Part shown: positions 18,427 through 28,409 of the stretch, piece after piece
How positions within the stretch are numbered: the stretch's first letter is position 1
Layout of the letters: each line of letters opens with the position of its first letter
Source: Gammaproteobacteria bacterium
GTDB taxonomy: Bacteria; Pseudomonadota; Gammaproteobacteria; WOZS01
Length of the DNA: 59,601 nucleotides
Assembly: GCA_011620135.1 (NCBI GenBank)
Contig: WOZS01000005.1
Coordinates: 1 to 59,601 of the forward strand
Direction of reading: 5' to 3'
Notes under the pieces: generated by a model
What the model was told of the DNA's origin: nothing
Seen by the model: the letters and a program-made list of their open reading frames with translations, nothing else
Database searches by the model: none
Program-made: the position numbers and the translations under genes

Positions 18427-20439
18427 CTAATTTGAGGAGGAGGTCGCCGACAACGCTGTTTCATCGGCCACCACCACAGCAGGCCCAGGCAGATCAAATT
18501 GTTGCAAGGCCACGGACATGCCCAAACGGCCTGAATAGATCGCATAATCTCGAATCACATTCTGCACATAGCTTCTGGTGGCATCGATGGGCACATTGTC
18601 CACCCAGACATCCAGGCTCATGGCTCGAGGCGGCAGCCAGCGGCTCACCCTGTTGGGGCCGGCGTGATAGGCCGCGGTGGCCAGCGCCACGTTGCTGGCG
18701 AAGCGGTTGGCCAGCTCCCCCAGATAGGCACTGCCCAGCAACACGTTGCGCTCGGTTTCCAGGATGGCTTGCTGGCTCAAGGGCCCCAGCTTCAGTTTGC
18801 GCGCCATGTCACCAGCTGTGGGGGGCATCAGCTGCATGAGCCCCAGAGCACCCGCATAGGAGGCCACGTCGGGTCGAAAGAGGCTTTCACTGCGCATAAT
18901 GGCATAGATCCAGCCTTTGGGGATGGAGAATTGATCTGCCCGGGCAACAACCAGCTCCCGATAGGGCATGGGGTAGCGCGCATCGAAACCAGTGCGTATG
19001 TCCAGACCACGCATGGCGGCCACAGCCTCGCTGTCCCAGCGCCAGCTCAACGCCAGCAAGGCCGCCTGTTCACGCAGGGCTGGCGAAAGTCTCCCCAGTA
19101 AGTCCTGCCAGACACGCCTGGCTGCTGGTAGGTCATGCAAGAGCAGCCATTCCCTGGCACGCTGAACCTGGGGCATGTCGCTCAGCCCCCTCAGGGCAGC
19201 AGGATCCGGACTGATGGCGGGGGCAGAGATCCATGGTGCGGACTTGCTTGTGCCGGACAAGCGATCCCATGCCAGGATGCCATAGTAATCCGGGGCTGCG
19301 GCCAGATTCTGATAGACGGCCATCGCCTCTGGTACATTATCCTTGTTTTTGCTGGCATGCCCGTTCTCGCTGGTGCGGATTATCCAATAGCGCCACGCCC
19401 GGTCGCGTTGTTGTTTTGGGTCAAGGGCGCCAAGCCACTTTGCGGCCAGTTGCCAATCGCCATGCCACAGCGCGTCCCGAAATCCCCAGGTGAGCGCCGT
19501 TTCATCCAGCAGGTTGGCTGGCAGATCGGCCAACAAAAGCTGGCCTGCTGGGTCATGTCGTTGGGCCCAGGCGCTGCCCAGGGCGCGCTGGACGACTGCT
19601 TGTTGCTGGGCGGAAAGCCATCGCTTGATCTGGTTTTGGGACAGCAGATTCTGGGCGGTGGCGGGGTCGCTGGCAGCCAGCCGCACCAAGCCGATCAGCA
19701 GCGCATCGGGATCCTGGAGACTGCCCAGCAAAGAGGGCAGCCGGGTGAGGGGTTGGCGTTGCACGGCCATGCGGAGCATGACAGCCTGACGCTTGGCTGG
19801 TGGCAGCCGGGCGGTCATCTGTTTGGCCAGAACATCGTTGTGGAGCCGCAAGGCGTTGTCCAGTCGTTCCATGAAAAGCTGTGCGGTGAGTATGCCGTGT
19901 GTATCCAGCCAGGAAAACACAAAGTCGCAGGCGGCGTCCTGGGGACGACCGCTGCGCCAGGCCGCAAGCCCCAATGCGCCGGCCAGCCGGTCCTGATTTT
20001 CCTGTATGGCCAGCTGGGCGCGAAAGCAGTGCAATGAATTATTGATGGGGTCGTCATTTTGCACGATGGCATAATGCGCCAGAAAACGACGCCATTGCTG
20101 CTCTTTTGCCAAATGGATCAGCCAGCGCCGATAGAGCATGCTCGAGGCTGGCGTGAAGCCCTCATGGGCAACGAAGCGCTCGATCTCCCGATCCAGCTCT
20201 GGAGTCAGACCAGCTTGCAGCCGCAGCGCCAGGATGCGGGCCTGGATATAGGGATATAGCACATAATGCTGCAATTGTTGTTGTGTAGCCACTGGGGGCA
20301 ACTGTCCTTTCTGGACGGCTGTCCAGGCGCTGAGAAACAACCGGCGCTGTGCCGTGCTGCTTGCGTCGCTTCCTGCCTCAGCCAGGAGGCTCAGGCAGGA
20401 GCCCAGGCACAACAACAGCAAGGATGCAGCCCGACGCAT
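18427..20439 (-). CDS. slt: Soluble lytic murein transglycosylase (Slt70 type)
   Basis: Signal peptide, LYPY motif, C-terminal SLT domain with RSES catalytic Glu, GALGLMQLMP, TRSYVQNV. Confidence 0.9.
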   Translation of the reverse strand: MRRAASLLLLCLGSCLSLLAEAGSDASSTAQRRLFLSAWTAVQKGQLPPVATQQQLQHYVLYPYIQARILALRLQAGLTPELDREIERFVAHEGFTPASSMLYRRWLIHLAKEQQWRRFLAHYAIVQNDDPINNSLHCFRAQLAIQENQDRLAGALGLAAWRSGRPQDAACDFVFSWLDTHGILTAQLFMERLDNALRLHNDVLAKQMTARLPPAKRQAVMLRMAVQRQPLTRLPSLLGSLQDPDALLIGLVRLAASDPATAQNLLSQNQIKRWLSAQQQAVVQRALGSAWAQRHDPAGQLLLADLPANLLDETALTWGFRDALWHGDWQLAAKWLGALDPKQQRDRAWRYWIIRTSENGHASKNKDNVPEAMAVYQNLAAAPDYYGILAWDRLSGTSKSAPWISAPAISPDPAALRGLSDMPQVQRAREWLLLHDLPAARRVWQDLLGRLSPALREQAALLALSWRWDSEAVAAMRGLDIRTGFDARYPMPYRELVVARADQFSIPKGWIYAIMRSESLFRPDVASYAGALGLMQLMPPTAGDMARKLKLGPLSQQAILETERNVLLGSAYLGELANRFASNVALATAAYHAGPNRVSRWLPPRAMSLDVWVDNVPIDATRSYVQNVIRDYAIYSGRLGMSVALQQFDLPGPAVVVADETALSATSSSN

Positions 20440-20441
20440 GG

Positions 20442-21845
20442 CTAATGGAAAAACAACAGCAGGGTTGCCGAGCCACGGCGAATCTTCAGCAAGAGGGCCC
20501 CATCACCAGCCTTGACTGCCGTGGCCAGGTCGTCGAGCGTCTTGACGGGCTGGCGATTCACCTCGACGATGACATCTTTTTCCTGCAATCCGCCGAAGGC
20601 GGCTGGACTTTGTGGATCCAGGCTCTGGACCAGCAACCCGGGTTCGCCATCCTTGGTGCTGCCGGGGGTCAGCGTGGCTCCGGCCAAGGCAGGATGCACC
20701 TCACCGCTTGCTTCCTGTTGCTGTTTCTTGCCAATCTTGGCCGTGATGGTTTTTGGTTTACCGTCGCGCAACACCTTGAGTTTGACGGTATCGCCTATGG
20801 TCATGAGACCAATGTCGTTGCGCAGCTCCCGGGCACTGTGCACCGGCTTGTCGTTGATCTCCACGATCACGTCTTCCGAACGCAGGCCTGCCTGCTCGGC
20901 AGCCGACCCGGGCGCGACCTGGGCGACGATGGCGCCATGCTGGACATCCAGCTTCAGGTAGCGTGCCAGATCGGGCGTGAGATCCTGCACCATGACACCC
21001 AACTGGCCGCGGCGCACCTCACCATGCTCAATGAGTTGGTGCATGATGGCGTTGGCGAGATTGATGGGAATGGCAAAGCCGATGCCGATGTTGCCCCCGC
21101 TCTGCGACAGAATGGCTGCGTTGATGCCCACCACCCGGCCCTGGAGATCCAGCAGGGCGCCACCGGAGTTGCCGGGATTGATGGAGGCATCGGTCTGGAT
21201 ATAATCCTGATAGGCATCGTTTTCCGTGGGCAAGGCACGCCCCAGAGCGCTGACGATGCCCATGGTCACGGTGTGCTTGAGGCCGAAAGGATTGCCAACG
21301 GCCACCACGAAATCACCAGCCCGCAGGCGATCGGAGTCGGCAAGGGGCAGGGCGACTAAGCGCTCTGGCTCGACCTTGATCACCGCCACGTCGGTTTCCT
21401 CGTCACGCCCCACCACCTTGGCTTCCATGGTGCGCTCGTCATTCAGGGTCACCGTGATGGAATCGGCCCCAGCCACCACATGGGTATTGGTGATGATGTA
21501 GCCTTTTTTGGCGTCGACAATCACGCCGGAACCCAGGGATTGGGTCTCACGATATTGAGGCATGTCCGGTTGACCAAAGAAACGCCTGAAAAATGGATCA
21601 TCATAAAAAGGGCTATCCATCAGAGGATTGCGCACCTTGACCTTGCCCCGGGTGGAAATGTTCACCACGCCAGGCAGCGCCTTTTCCAGCATGGGTGCCA
21701 GGCTGGGCATGGGCAATGGGGCATTGTGCGCAGGGGGTGGGGGTGGCTGGGAAGGGCTATCACTCCCAAACAAGCCAGCCTGGGCATTGCCCAGGCAGCA
21801 GCCCATACTCACAGCCAAGAAGGCTCGACGCCACGGTATGATCAA
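20442..21845 (-). CDS. degQ: Periplasmic serine endoprotease DegQ/DegP with two PDZ domains
   Basis: TTG start after AGGAG, signal peptide, GSGVIVD, TNTHV, TDASINPGNSGG triad motifs, two PDZ domains. Confidence 0.92.
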   Translation of the reverse strand: MIIPWRRAFLAVSMGCCLGNAQAGLFGSDSPSQPPPPPAHNAPLPMPSLAPMLEKALPGVVNISTRGKVKVRNPLMDSPFYDDPFFRRFFGQPDMPQYRETQSLGSGVIVDAKKGYIITNTHVVAGADSITVTLNDERTMEAKVVGRDEETDVAVIKVEPERLVALPLADSDRLRAGDFVVAVGNPFGLKHTVTMGIVSALGRALPTENDAYQDYIQTDASINPGNSGGALLDLQGRVVGINAAILSQSGGNIGIGFAIPINLANAIMHQLIEHGEVRRGQLGVMVQDLTPDLARYLKLDVQHGAIVAQVAPGSAAEQAGLRSEDVIVEINDKPVHSARELRNDIGLMTIGDTVKLKVLRDGKPKTITAKIGKKQQQEASGEVHPALAGATLTPGSTKDGEPGLLVQSLDPQSPAAFGGLQEKDVIVEVNRQPVKTLDDLATAVKAGDGALLLKIRRGSATLLLFFH

Positions 21846-21998
21846 TGTATTCTCTCCTGTCCCGCTGGCTTCCCCAGAGAAGCCACCATTGTAGCAAGGT
21901 GCATCATGGAGTGCTATTGTGCCGCAGGGTTCCCGGGAAGGTCTCTGTTGCGGTCCACTGCCCATCCATGAGGGGTAGCCGCTCCCCAGGTCAGCGTC

Positions 21999-24900
21999 AT
22001 GATGTCCGATGAAAATCAGCACATAGACAGCCCAGAGAGCGGTGCGTCCGGTGCAGAGGCCAGGCTGCTGCCCTACCAGGCCGCCAGCCACCTGGGGCCG
22101 GGACCCATGCTGGTGCTGGCACCCCATCCCGACGACGAGGTATTCGGCTGCGGGGGCACCCTGGCGCGCAGCGCCCAGCTCGGCACGGCCATCTGTGTGG
22201 TCATCGCCACCGACGGCGGCCATGGTGGCGGAGCGGACTATGCGGCTCGCCGTCGGGAGGAGAGCCGGGCGGCGGCGAGGGTGCTTGGCTTGCCGGAGCC
22301 TGTGTTCTGGGATCTGCAGGATCGCCGCTTGTGCTATGGGGAGGACCTCGTCGGCCGTATCGTCGGGGCCCTGGAAACCCAGGGCAGCCGGTTGTGTGTG
22401 GCGCCTTCGCCTGCCGAGGTGCATCCCGACCACCGGGCTCTGGCACTGGCTGCCATTGAGGCGGCACGGCGCCATGGGGTTCGCCTTGCCATGTATGAGG
22501 TGGGAGCCCCATTGTGGCCAAACCGATTGATCGACATCACTCCTGTGCGGGCGCTCAAGGAGCAGGCGATCCGTTGTTTTTCCTCACAGCTTGCCCAGCA
22601 GGACTACCTGAGCCAGGTCCAGGGGCGCGATGCCTTTCGCAGTTATACGCTGGGGGCCGCCGTAACCGCTGCCGAGGCTTTTTTCGTGGTGGAGCCGCAA
22701 CAGCTCGAGGAGTGGGGTGGTTTACCCTGGGACACACCATGGTTGCGGCCCGGGGAACGATCCCCAGCGCCAGGGCCGCTGGTGTCTATGGTGGTCCGCA
22801 GCATCGGCCGGCCCACCCTGGCCAAGGCGCTGGCTTCCCTGGCTGCCCAGACCCACGAGGCGCTGGAGATCATCGTGGTGCACAGCGGCTTGCAAGGAGC
22901 GTTGCCTCTGGAGGTGGGGGGGCGGACATTGGTTGTGGTGCCGGTCCCGCAGCATACCTCCAGGACCAAATCCGGCAATCTGGGGCTGCAGCAGGCACGC
23001 GGTGCCTATGTTGGCTTTCTGGATGATGATGATTGGTTGGCGCCCGATCATGTGGCCACCCTGGTACGGGCTTTTGCCGACAATCCAGGCACCCAGGTGG
23101 CCTATGGCGGCGTGGCCTGCGTGCAAGTCCAGGGGGAAAACCTGATCCACCTGCACGACTACGACCAGCCTTTCAGCGATGAACAGCTGTTGACGGGTAA
23201 TTTCATTCCCATGCATGCCGCGTTGTTCGATCGTGTCTTTGCAGTGCAGCATCATGTGGCTCTTGATGAGACGTTGGACGTCTATGAGGATTGGGATCTG
23301 TGGTTGCAACTCAGGGCAGCAGGGGCAGTATTCACCCATGTGCCCGGCAGCAGGGCCTTCTACCGTATCGGCGGCGGCAGCGGCTTTGCCATGCGGGCCG
23401 ACCCTGCTCTGGTGCGGCGCGGCGAGGGGGCCTTGTTGCGCAGATGGCAGGCGCGCTGGAGCGAGGATGACCTCATCAAGCTGCTTCATATGGCGCGCAC
23501 CAAACCGGCCCATGAACAGCTGGTCCCAGCCTACAGGGCGCTGGAGGGACATGTGCGCTCCATCGAGTCTGGATTGCGTGAGCAGCGCATCGCAGCGGAT
23601 GGCTGGCGCCTTGCTTATCAGGCGCAGCAGCGGCTTGTGCAGGATCAGGACAATATGATTCATGGCCATGCCCAGCATATCCAACTGCTGCAATTGCGCC
23701 TGATGAACACCGAGCAACAGCTGCAATTGCGCCTGATGGACATCGAGCATCACCATGCCCAGCATATCCAACTGCTGCAATTGCGCCTGATGGACATCGA
23801 GCAACAGCGCGCCCTGTTCGAGCAGGCCTGCATAGCCTATGAGCGCAGCACCAGTTGGCGCCTGACAAGCCCCTTGCGCCACTTTGCCGCTGGCCTGAGG
23901 CGGTTGCTGCGGCTGGTGAGGACCATGGGTCGTGCAGCAAAGACAGTGCCTGCGCCACAATTACCAGAGCTTCCACTACTGCCATTGACCGATGAAATCC
24001 CACCACTGCCATTGACCGATGAAAAAGGGGTGGCTGGCCAAGAGGGCCAGGGCCAGGATGCCCACCAGGTTGCAGCGGCGAGGCTGGCAGCGTCAGGCAC
24101 CATGTCCGCCATGGAAGATGCTGCCTTTAGGGCTTGGCTCGAGAGCGGCCACTGTCTGCATGTACCTCAGTATGATGAGGTAGAGGTTGCCATTATCCTG
24201 GTGCTTTTCAATCAGGTCGCCCTGACCTGGGCTTGCCTGAGCTCGATCCTCGAGACAGTCCATCTGCCCTATGAGTTGATCCTGGTGGACAACGCGTCCA
24301 CCGACGATACGGGGCTTTTATTGCGGCGCATCACAGGAGCGCAGGTGCTGCGCAATACAGAAAACAGACATTTTCTGCGCGCCGCCAACCAGGGGTCTCG
24401 CATGGCCCGGGGCCACTACCTGCTTTTCATGAACAATGATGCGCTCCTGGCCCCAGGCGCTCTGGCTGCTGCACTGGAAACGATGCGCCAGGAAGACCGG
24501 GTGGGGGCTGTGGGGGGGCGCATCATCAAGTTCGATGGCCTGTTGCAGGAAGCGGGTAACATCGTGTTTGCCGATGGCGGTTGTGCGGGTTATGGGCGCG
24601 GCGATGATCCCGAAAAACCACAGTACCAGTTCAGGCGTGCCGTGGATTATGTCTCGGGTTGTTTTCTACTGACACCACGAGCTCTGTTCGATTCCCTTGG
24701 AGGCTTCGATGAGGCCTTTGCCCCTGCCTACTACGAGGAGAGCGATTATTGTCTGCGACTTGCCGCAGCCGGATACCGGGTGCTCTATGAACCCCGTGTG
24801 GTGCTCTTCCACAAGGAATACGGCAGCGGCAATGCCGCGCAGGCCGCTGTCCTGATGCAAAAGAACCGGCTCTTGTTCGTTGAACGCCACCGGGAACGCC

Positions 24901-26081
24901 TGCAGCATCATCCAGCACCAGGAACCCATGTCCTGTGGGCGCGTCACCATCCAGAGCAGCGCCGGCGTGTTCTTTTCATTGATGACGCCATTCCGCATCT
25001 GGATCGTGGCGCTGGCTTGCCCCGGGCCAATACCATCGTTCATGGGCTGATCGAGCTTGGTTGTTTTGTCACCTTCTATCCCATGGACGAGCACCGGCAG
25101 CAGACATGGGCTGATGTCTATGTGGACCTGCCCCGGGAGCTGGAGGTCATGCGGGACCACAGCCATGGGGTCCTGGCCGATTTTTTGACATCAAGGTCCG
25201 GTTATTATGATGCCGTCATGGTCAGCCGGCCTCATAACATGCGTTGTTTGCAAGAAGCACTGGCAATGGTGCCCCACGCCCTGGGCGAGGCCCGCCTCAT
25301 CTATGATGCCGAAGCGCTGTTTGCCAGGCGCGAGATCGCCTGGGAAAGGCTGCAGGGCAAGACAGTGGCTGCCGAGGAAGCCCAAGGGCGTATCGCCGCG
25401 GAGGTGGCGCTGACCCAGGGGGCCCATTGCATCACGGCGGTGTGCACCGAAGAGGCCGCGTTGCTGGGTTCCGGGGAAATCCACAACGTGCTGGTGCTGG
25501 GCCATGCCCTGCTTGCGGAGCCCACGGCCGAGCCATGGGAGGAGCGTTCCGGGCTGCTGTTCGTGGGTCGTCTCGATGATCCCGGATCGCCCAATTGGGA
25601 TGCCGTCAGGCATTTTGTGAAAGCAATCCTACCCATCATGCAGCGCATGCTGGGCGACTCCTGCAGGCTTACCCTGGTGGGTGAGGCAGGTCCTGGGCTT
25701 GCCATGGAGATGGCTGGCGAGCCTGTGGATTTTGCAGGATGTGTTGCCGATATTCGTCCCTATGCCGCCGCATCCCGGATTTTTGTGGCACCAACCCGCT
25801 TTGCAGCCGGTATCCCCCACAAGGTCCATCAGGCCGCCGCGCTGGGTTTGCCTGTGGTGGCATCCAATATGCTAGCTGACAGCCTGGGCTGGCGCGATGG
25901 CGAGGAACTGTTGAGTGCCAATCCAGATGAACCAGAGGATTTTGCCGAGCAATGCGTTCGTCTGTACCAGGACAAGGTACTGTGGGAGCGGGTGCGCACG
26001 GCCGCCCTGCGGGCAGTGGTGCGGGATTGCGACCCGGAACGATTCAGGCATATCCTGGCACAGGCTGTGCATGGCGCCTGA
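21999..26081 (+). CDS. Multidomain glycosyltransferase: PIG-L deacetylase, GT2, coiled coil, GT2, GT4-like
   Basis: APHPDDE..GCGG and HPDH (PIG-L); FLDDDD and YEDWDLW (GT2); STSWRLTSPLR; FMNND and YYEESDYC (GT2); RFAAGIPHKV (GT-B). Confidence 0.85.
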   Translation: MMSDENQHIDSPESGASGAEARLLPYQAASHLGPGPMLVLAPHPDDEVFGCGGTLARSAQLGTAICVVIATDGGHGGGADYAARRREESRAAARVLGLPEPVFWDLQDRRLCYGEDLVGRIVGALETQGSRLCVAPSPAEVHPDHRALALAAIEAARRHGVRLAMYEVGAPLWPNRLIDITPVRALKEQAIRCFSSQLAQQDYLSQVQGRDAFRSYTLGAAVTAAEAFFVVEPQQLEEWGGLPWDTPWLRPGERSPAPGPLVSMVVRSIGRPTLAKALASLAAQTHEALEIIVVHSGLQGALPLEVGGRTLVVVPVPQHTSRTKSGNLGLQQARGAYVGFLDDDDWLAPDHVATLVRAFADNPGTQVAYGGVACVQVQGENLIHLHDYDQPFSDEQLLTGNFIPMHAALFDRVFAVQHHVALDETLDVYEDWDLWLQLRAAGAVFTHVPGSRAFYRIGGGSGFAMRADPALVRRGEGALLRRWQARWSEDDLIKLLHMARTKPAHEQLVPAYRALEGHVRSIESGLREQRIAADGWRLAYQAQQRLVQDQDNMIHGHAQHIQLLQLRLMNTEQQLQLRLMDIEHHHAQHIQLLQLRLMDIEQQRALFEQACIAYERSTSWRLTSPLRHFAAGLRRLLRLVRTMGRAAKTVPAPQLPELPLLPLTDEIPPLPLTDEKGVAGQEGQGQDAHQVAAARLAASGTMSAMEDAAFRAWLESGHCLHVPQYDEVEVAIILVLFNQVALTWACLSSILETVHLPYELILVDNASTDDTGLLLRRITGAQVLRNTENRHFLRAANQGSRMARGHYLLFMNNDALLAPGALAAALETMRQEDRVGAVGGRIIKFDGLLQEAGNIVFADGGCAGYGRGDDPEKPQYQFRRAVDYVSGCFLLTPRALFDSLGGFDEAFAPAYYEESDYCLRLAAAGYRVLYEPRVVLFHKEYGSGNAAQAAVLMQKNRLLFVERHRERLQHHPAPGTHVLWARHHPEQRRRVLFIDDAIPHLDRGAGLPRANTIVHGLIELGCFVTFYPMDEHRQQTWADVYVDLPRELEVMRDHSHGVLADFLTSRSGYYDAVMVSRPHNMRCLQEALAMVPHALGEARLIYDAEALFARREIAWERLQGKTVAAEEAQGRIAAEVALTQGAHCITAVCTEEAALLGSGEIHNVLVLGHALLAEPTAEPWEERSGLLFVGRLDDPGSPNWDAVRHFVKAILPIMQRMLGDSCRLTLVGEAGPGLAMEMAGEPVDFAGCVADIRPYAAASRIFVAPTRFAAGIPHKVHQAAALGLPVVASNMLADSLGWRDGEELLSANPDEPEDFAEQCVRLYQDKVLWERVRTAALRAVVRDCDPERFRHILAQAVHGA
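23666..23803 (+). repeat. In-frame imperfect tandem repeats in the coiled-coil linker (QLRLM x3)
   Basis: 40-nt exact repeat at 23666-23705 and 23753-23792; 29-nt exact repeat at 23721-23749 and 23775-23803. Confidence 0.9.
23973..24026 (+). repeat. 27-nt in-frame tandem duplication (P[LP]LPLTDE x2)
   Basis: ACTGCCATTGACCGATGAAA occurs at 23978-23997 and 24005-24024. Confidence 0.9.
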
Positions 26082-26132
26082 CCAAACATCCGCGGGTTTT
26101 GTCGTGGCAGAGCATGAGCTCAAGGGGCTTTT

Positions 26133-26966
26133 ATGACAACTACTGATTTACGGACTGATTTACGGAAGGAACAGAGCGTTGAGCAGGATCAACCGTGTGG
26201 CCCAGGTAACTATCCTCTTGTTCTTGTCAGCGTATTGATCCCCTGCCTCAACGAGGAAGGTATCGTGGGCCGGTTGTTGGGCGACCTGCAGGCGAATACT
26301 TTGCGCGATTTCGAGGTGGTGGTGTGCGACAATGGTTCCACCGATGATACGGCAGCGGAGGTGCGCCGTTTTGCCGAGGGCGACGCGCGCATTCGCCTGG
26401 TCCAGTTGGACGAGCCTGGCGTGTCCCGGGCACGCAATGCGGCGGCTTGCCATGCCGGAGGGCGTTATTTGCTGTTTCTGGATGCCGACACCAGATTGCG
26501 CCCCGATTTCCTGCAATTGGCTCTGGAGCAGATGCAGGCTCGCAAGCTGGATGTGGCCGCATTTCTGTTGTCCGTGGAGAGCAGGCAGTGGGCGGATCGG
26601 CTGCTGTGTCGTGTGGCCAATTTCGTGATTGCACTGCTGTCCCTTTTTCATCCCACCGCACCGGGCATGGCCGGCTATCTGGTGCGCCGTGAGGCCCATG
26701 AGCAAAGTGGCGGCTATGATGAGCACATGCATTTTGGCGAGGACGTGGATTACCTGCGCCGTGCTGCAGCAGGTAGGCCTTTTGGGGTCATCAAGGTGGC
26801 GCGGTGCATCGTGGATACGCGGCGGCTGGAACTGGAGGGGCGCTGGTCGGTGGCCAAACGCTTGCTGTTGGGAACCTGGTACCAGCGGGGCGGGCGGAAG
26901 ATCCAACAGCTGCCCTTCGAATATCGTTTTGGCCATTATCGGAACAAGAACAAGAAAAATGGCTAG
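26133..26966 (+). CDS. GT2 family glycosyltransferase
   Basis: VSVLIPCLNEE, VCDNGSTDDT, LFLDADT, EDVDY, DTRR. A 12-nt tandem repeat ACTGATTTACGG x2 sits at 26142-26165. Confidence 0.9.
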   Translation: MTTTDLRTDLRKEQSVEQDQPCGPGNYPLVLVSVLIPCLNEEGIVGRLLGDLQANTLRDFEVVVCDNGSTDDTAAEVRRFAEGDARIRLVQLDEPGVSRARNAAACHAGGRYLLFLDADTRLRPDFLQLALEQMQARKLDVAAFLLSVESRQWADRLLCRVANFVIALLSLFHPTAPGMAGYLVRREAHEQSGGYDEHMHFGEDVDYLRRAAAGRPFGVIKVARCIVDTRRLELEGRWSVAKRLLLGTWYQRGGRKIQQLPFEYRFGHYRNKNKKNG

Positions 26967-27088
26967 CGCCATCCATGCTTGGTGAGATGGGTGAGATCAT
27001 GGTTGACGAAGAGAGGCGTGCCTGACCGGATCTTGTTTTTTGCATGTATCATCTTCATTGATTTGCATTGAGGAATTGTGGAGCAGCT

Positions 27089-27625
27089 ATGACTGTGTGG
27101 CGCCTTCGCGGCAGGACCGGCAGCACCGGCAGAACCGTTTTGTTTCTTGGTCTCCTGATGATGGTCGGCATGGCATGGGGTGCTGCATGGACGGTCTATG
27201 CCACAGAGCAGGCCAAGTTCAGATTATCCTACCCGGCCAACTGGCGGCTGACGGAATGGGAGCAACCGCCAGCCGATGAAGAAAAACTGTTCCGTGCCGA
27301 TTTACCGCTGATCAAGCTGCCCGGAGCGAAACATATCCTGGAAACCGCGCACCCCATCGGCCCTGTGGTGCGCCTGGATGGTCCCCATGGGGCCGAGGTG
27401 ACCGCTATGGCGATTCCCCTTCCGGCACTGCCGGCTTACCAGATGAGCCAGGCTTTGGCCAAGAATCGTCTTGGCACCAGCAAGGACGGGCGCAGCGCTC
27501 TGCTTCATGCCCAAAACGGTGCCACGGCCTTGGGCATCGTCATCATGAAAGCGCCGGCTGGACAGTTCGACCAGCTGAACAAGACGTACTTTGCGGAGAT
27601 CGCCAAGCGCTTCGAAGCCCGCTAG
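27089..27625 (+). CDS. Exported or membrane-anchored hypothetical protein, possibly PsbP/DcrB-like
   Basis: N-terminal hydrophobic segment followed by FRLSYPANW. Start uncertain. Confidence 0.55.
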   Translation: MTVWRLRGRTGSTGRTVLFLGLLMMVGMAWGAAWTVYATEQAKFRLSYPANWRLTEWEQPPADEEKLFRADLPLIKLPGAKHILETAHPIGPVVRLDGPHGAEVTAMAIPLPALPAYQMSQALAKNRLGTSKDGRSALLHAQNGATALGIVIMKAPAGQFDQLNKTYFAEIAKRFEAR

Positions 27626-27632
27626 GGGCATC

Positions 27633-28409
27633 ATGACGCCCATCATGCTAGTAAGCTGGAATGTGAACTCCATCCGGGTACGCCTGGAGCATCTGCTGGC
27701 CTATCTCGAATCCAGCCATCCTGATGTGGTGGGTCTCCAGGAGACCAAGGTGAACGATGGGCATTTTCCTCGACAGCACATCGAGGAGGCTGGATATCGG
27801 GTGCATCATGTGGGTACTGGTGCTTATAGCGGCGTGGCTTTGCTGAGCCGGGAACATCTGGAGGATCTCTGTTGCGCTTTGCCCGGCGATGAGCAGGCGC
27901 CGCGTTTCATCTCGGCATTTACCTGCGGGATGCGCGTTGTCAACATCTATGCGCCCAATGGCCAGGCTGTCGATAGCCCGCAGTACGAATACAAGCTGGC
28001 TTGGTACGAGAAACTGCATCATTATCTGCGGCATCTCGATCCCGCCACGCCCACGGTGGTGATGGGTGATTTCAACGTGGCACCCACCGATCTGGATGTC
28101 CATGATCCACAAGCCTGGCATGAACACCTGCTGTGCAGCACCAAGGAGCGCCAGGCGCTGCAGGGTATTACGGCCCTTGGCTTTGAGGACATGTTTCGCC
28201 TGCACCATCCAGATGAGCGCCAGTTCAGTTGGTGGGATTACCGGCAGGGGGCTTTTCGCCGCAACATGGGCCTGCGGATCGACCTGGTCCTGGCCAATGA
28301 GGTTGCCAAATCCTGTTGTGTTGCTGGAGCCATCGACAAAACACCACGCTCCTGGGAACGACCCTCGGATCATGCCCCTGTGATGGCCACCTTTGCTTTG
28401 GGTGCCTGA
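27633..28409 (+). CDS. xth: Exodeoxyribonuclease III (AP endonuclease)
   Basis: SWNVNSIR, GLQETK, NIYAPNG, MGDFNVAP, FSWWDYR, GLRID, PSDHAPV. Confidence 0.96.
   Translation: MTPIMLVSWNVNSIRVRLEHLLAYLESSHPDVVGLQETKVNDGHFPRQHIEEAGYRVHHVGTGAYSGVALLSREHLEDLCCALPGDEQAPRFISAFTCGMRVVNIYAPNGQAVDSPQYEYKLAWYEKLHHYLRHLDPATPTVVMGDFNVAPTDLDVHDPQAWHEHLLCSTKERQALQGITALGFEDMFRLHHPDERQFSWWDYRQGAFRRNMGLRIDLVLANEVAKSCCVAGAIDKTPRSWERPSDHAPVMATFALGA

Noticed and set aside
18427-20439. Slt motif reads AYHAG rather than AYNAG
   Set aside because: A single substitution with the catalytic Glu and other motifs intact; not enough to infer changed function.
20442-22475. 677-aa DegQ with a long N-terminal extension
   Set aside because: The extension is antisense to the giant GT; a TTG start with RBS and signal peptide lies at 21845.
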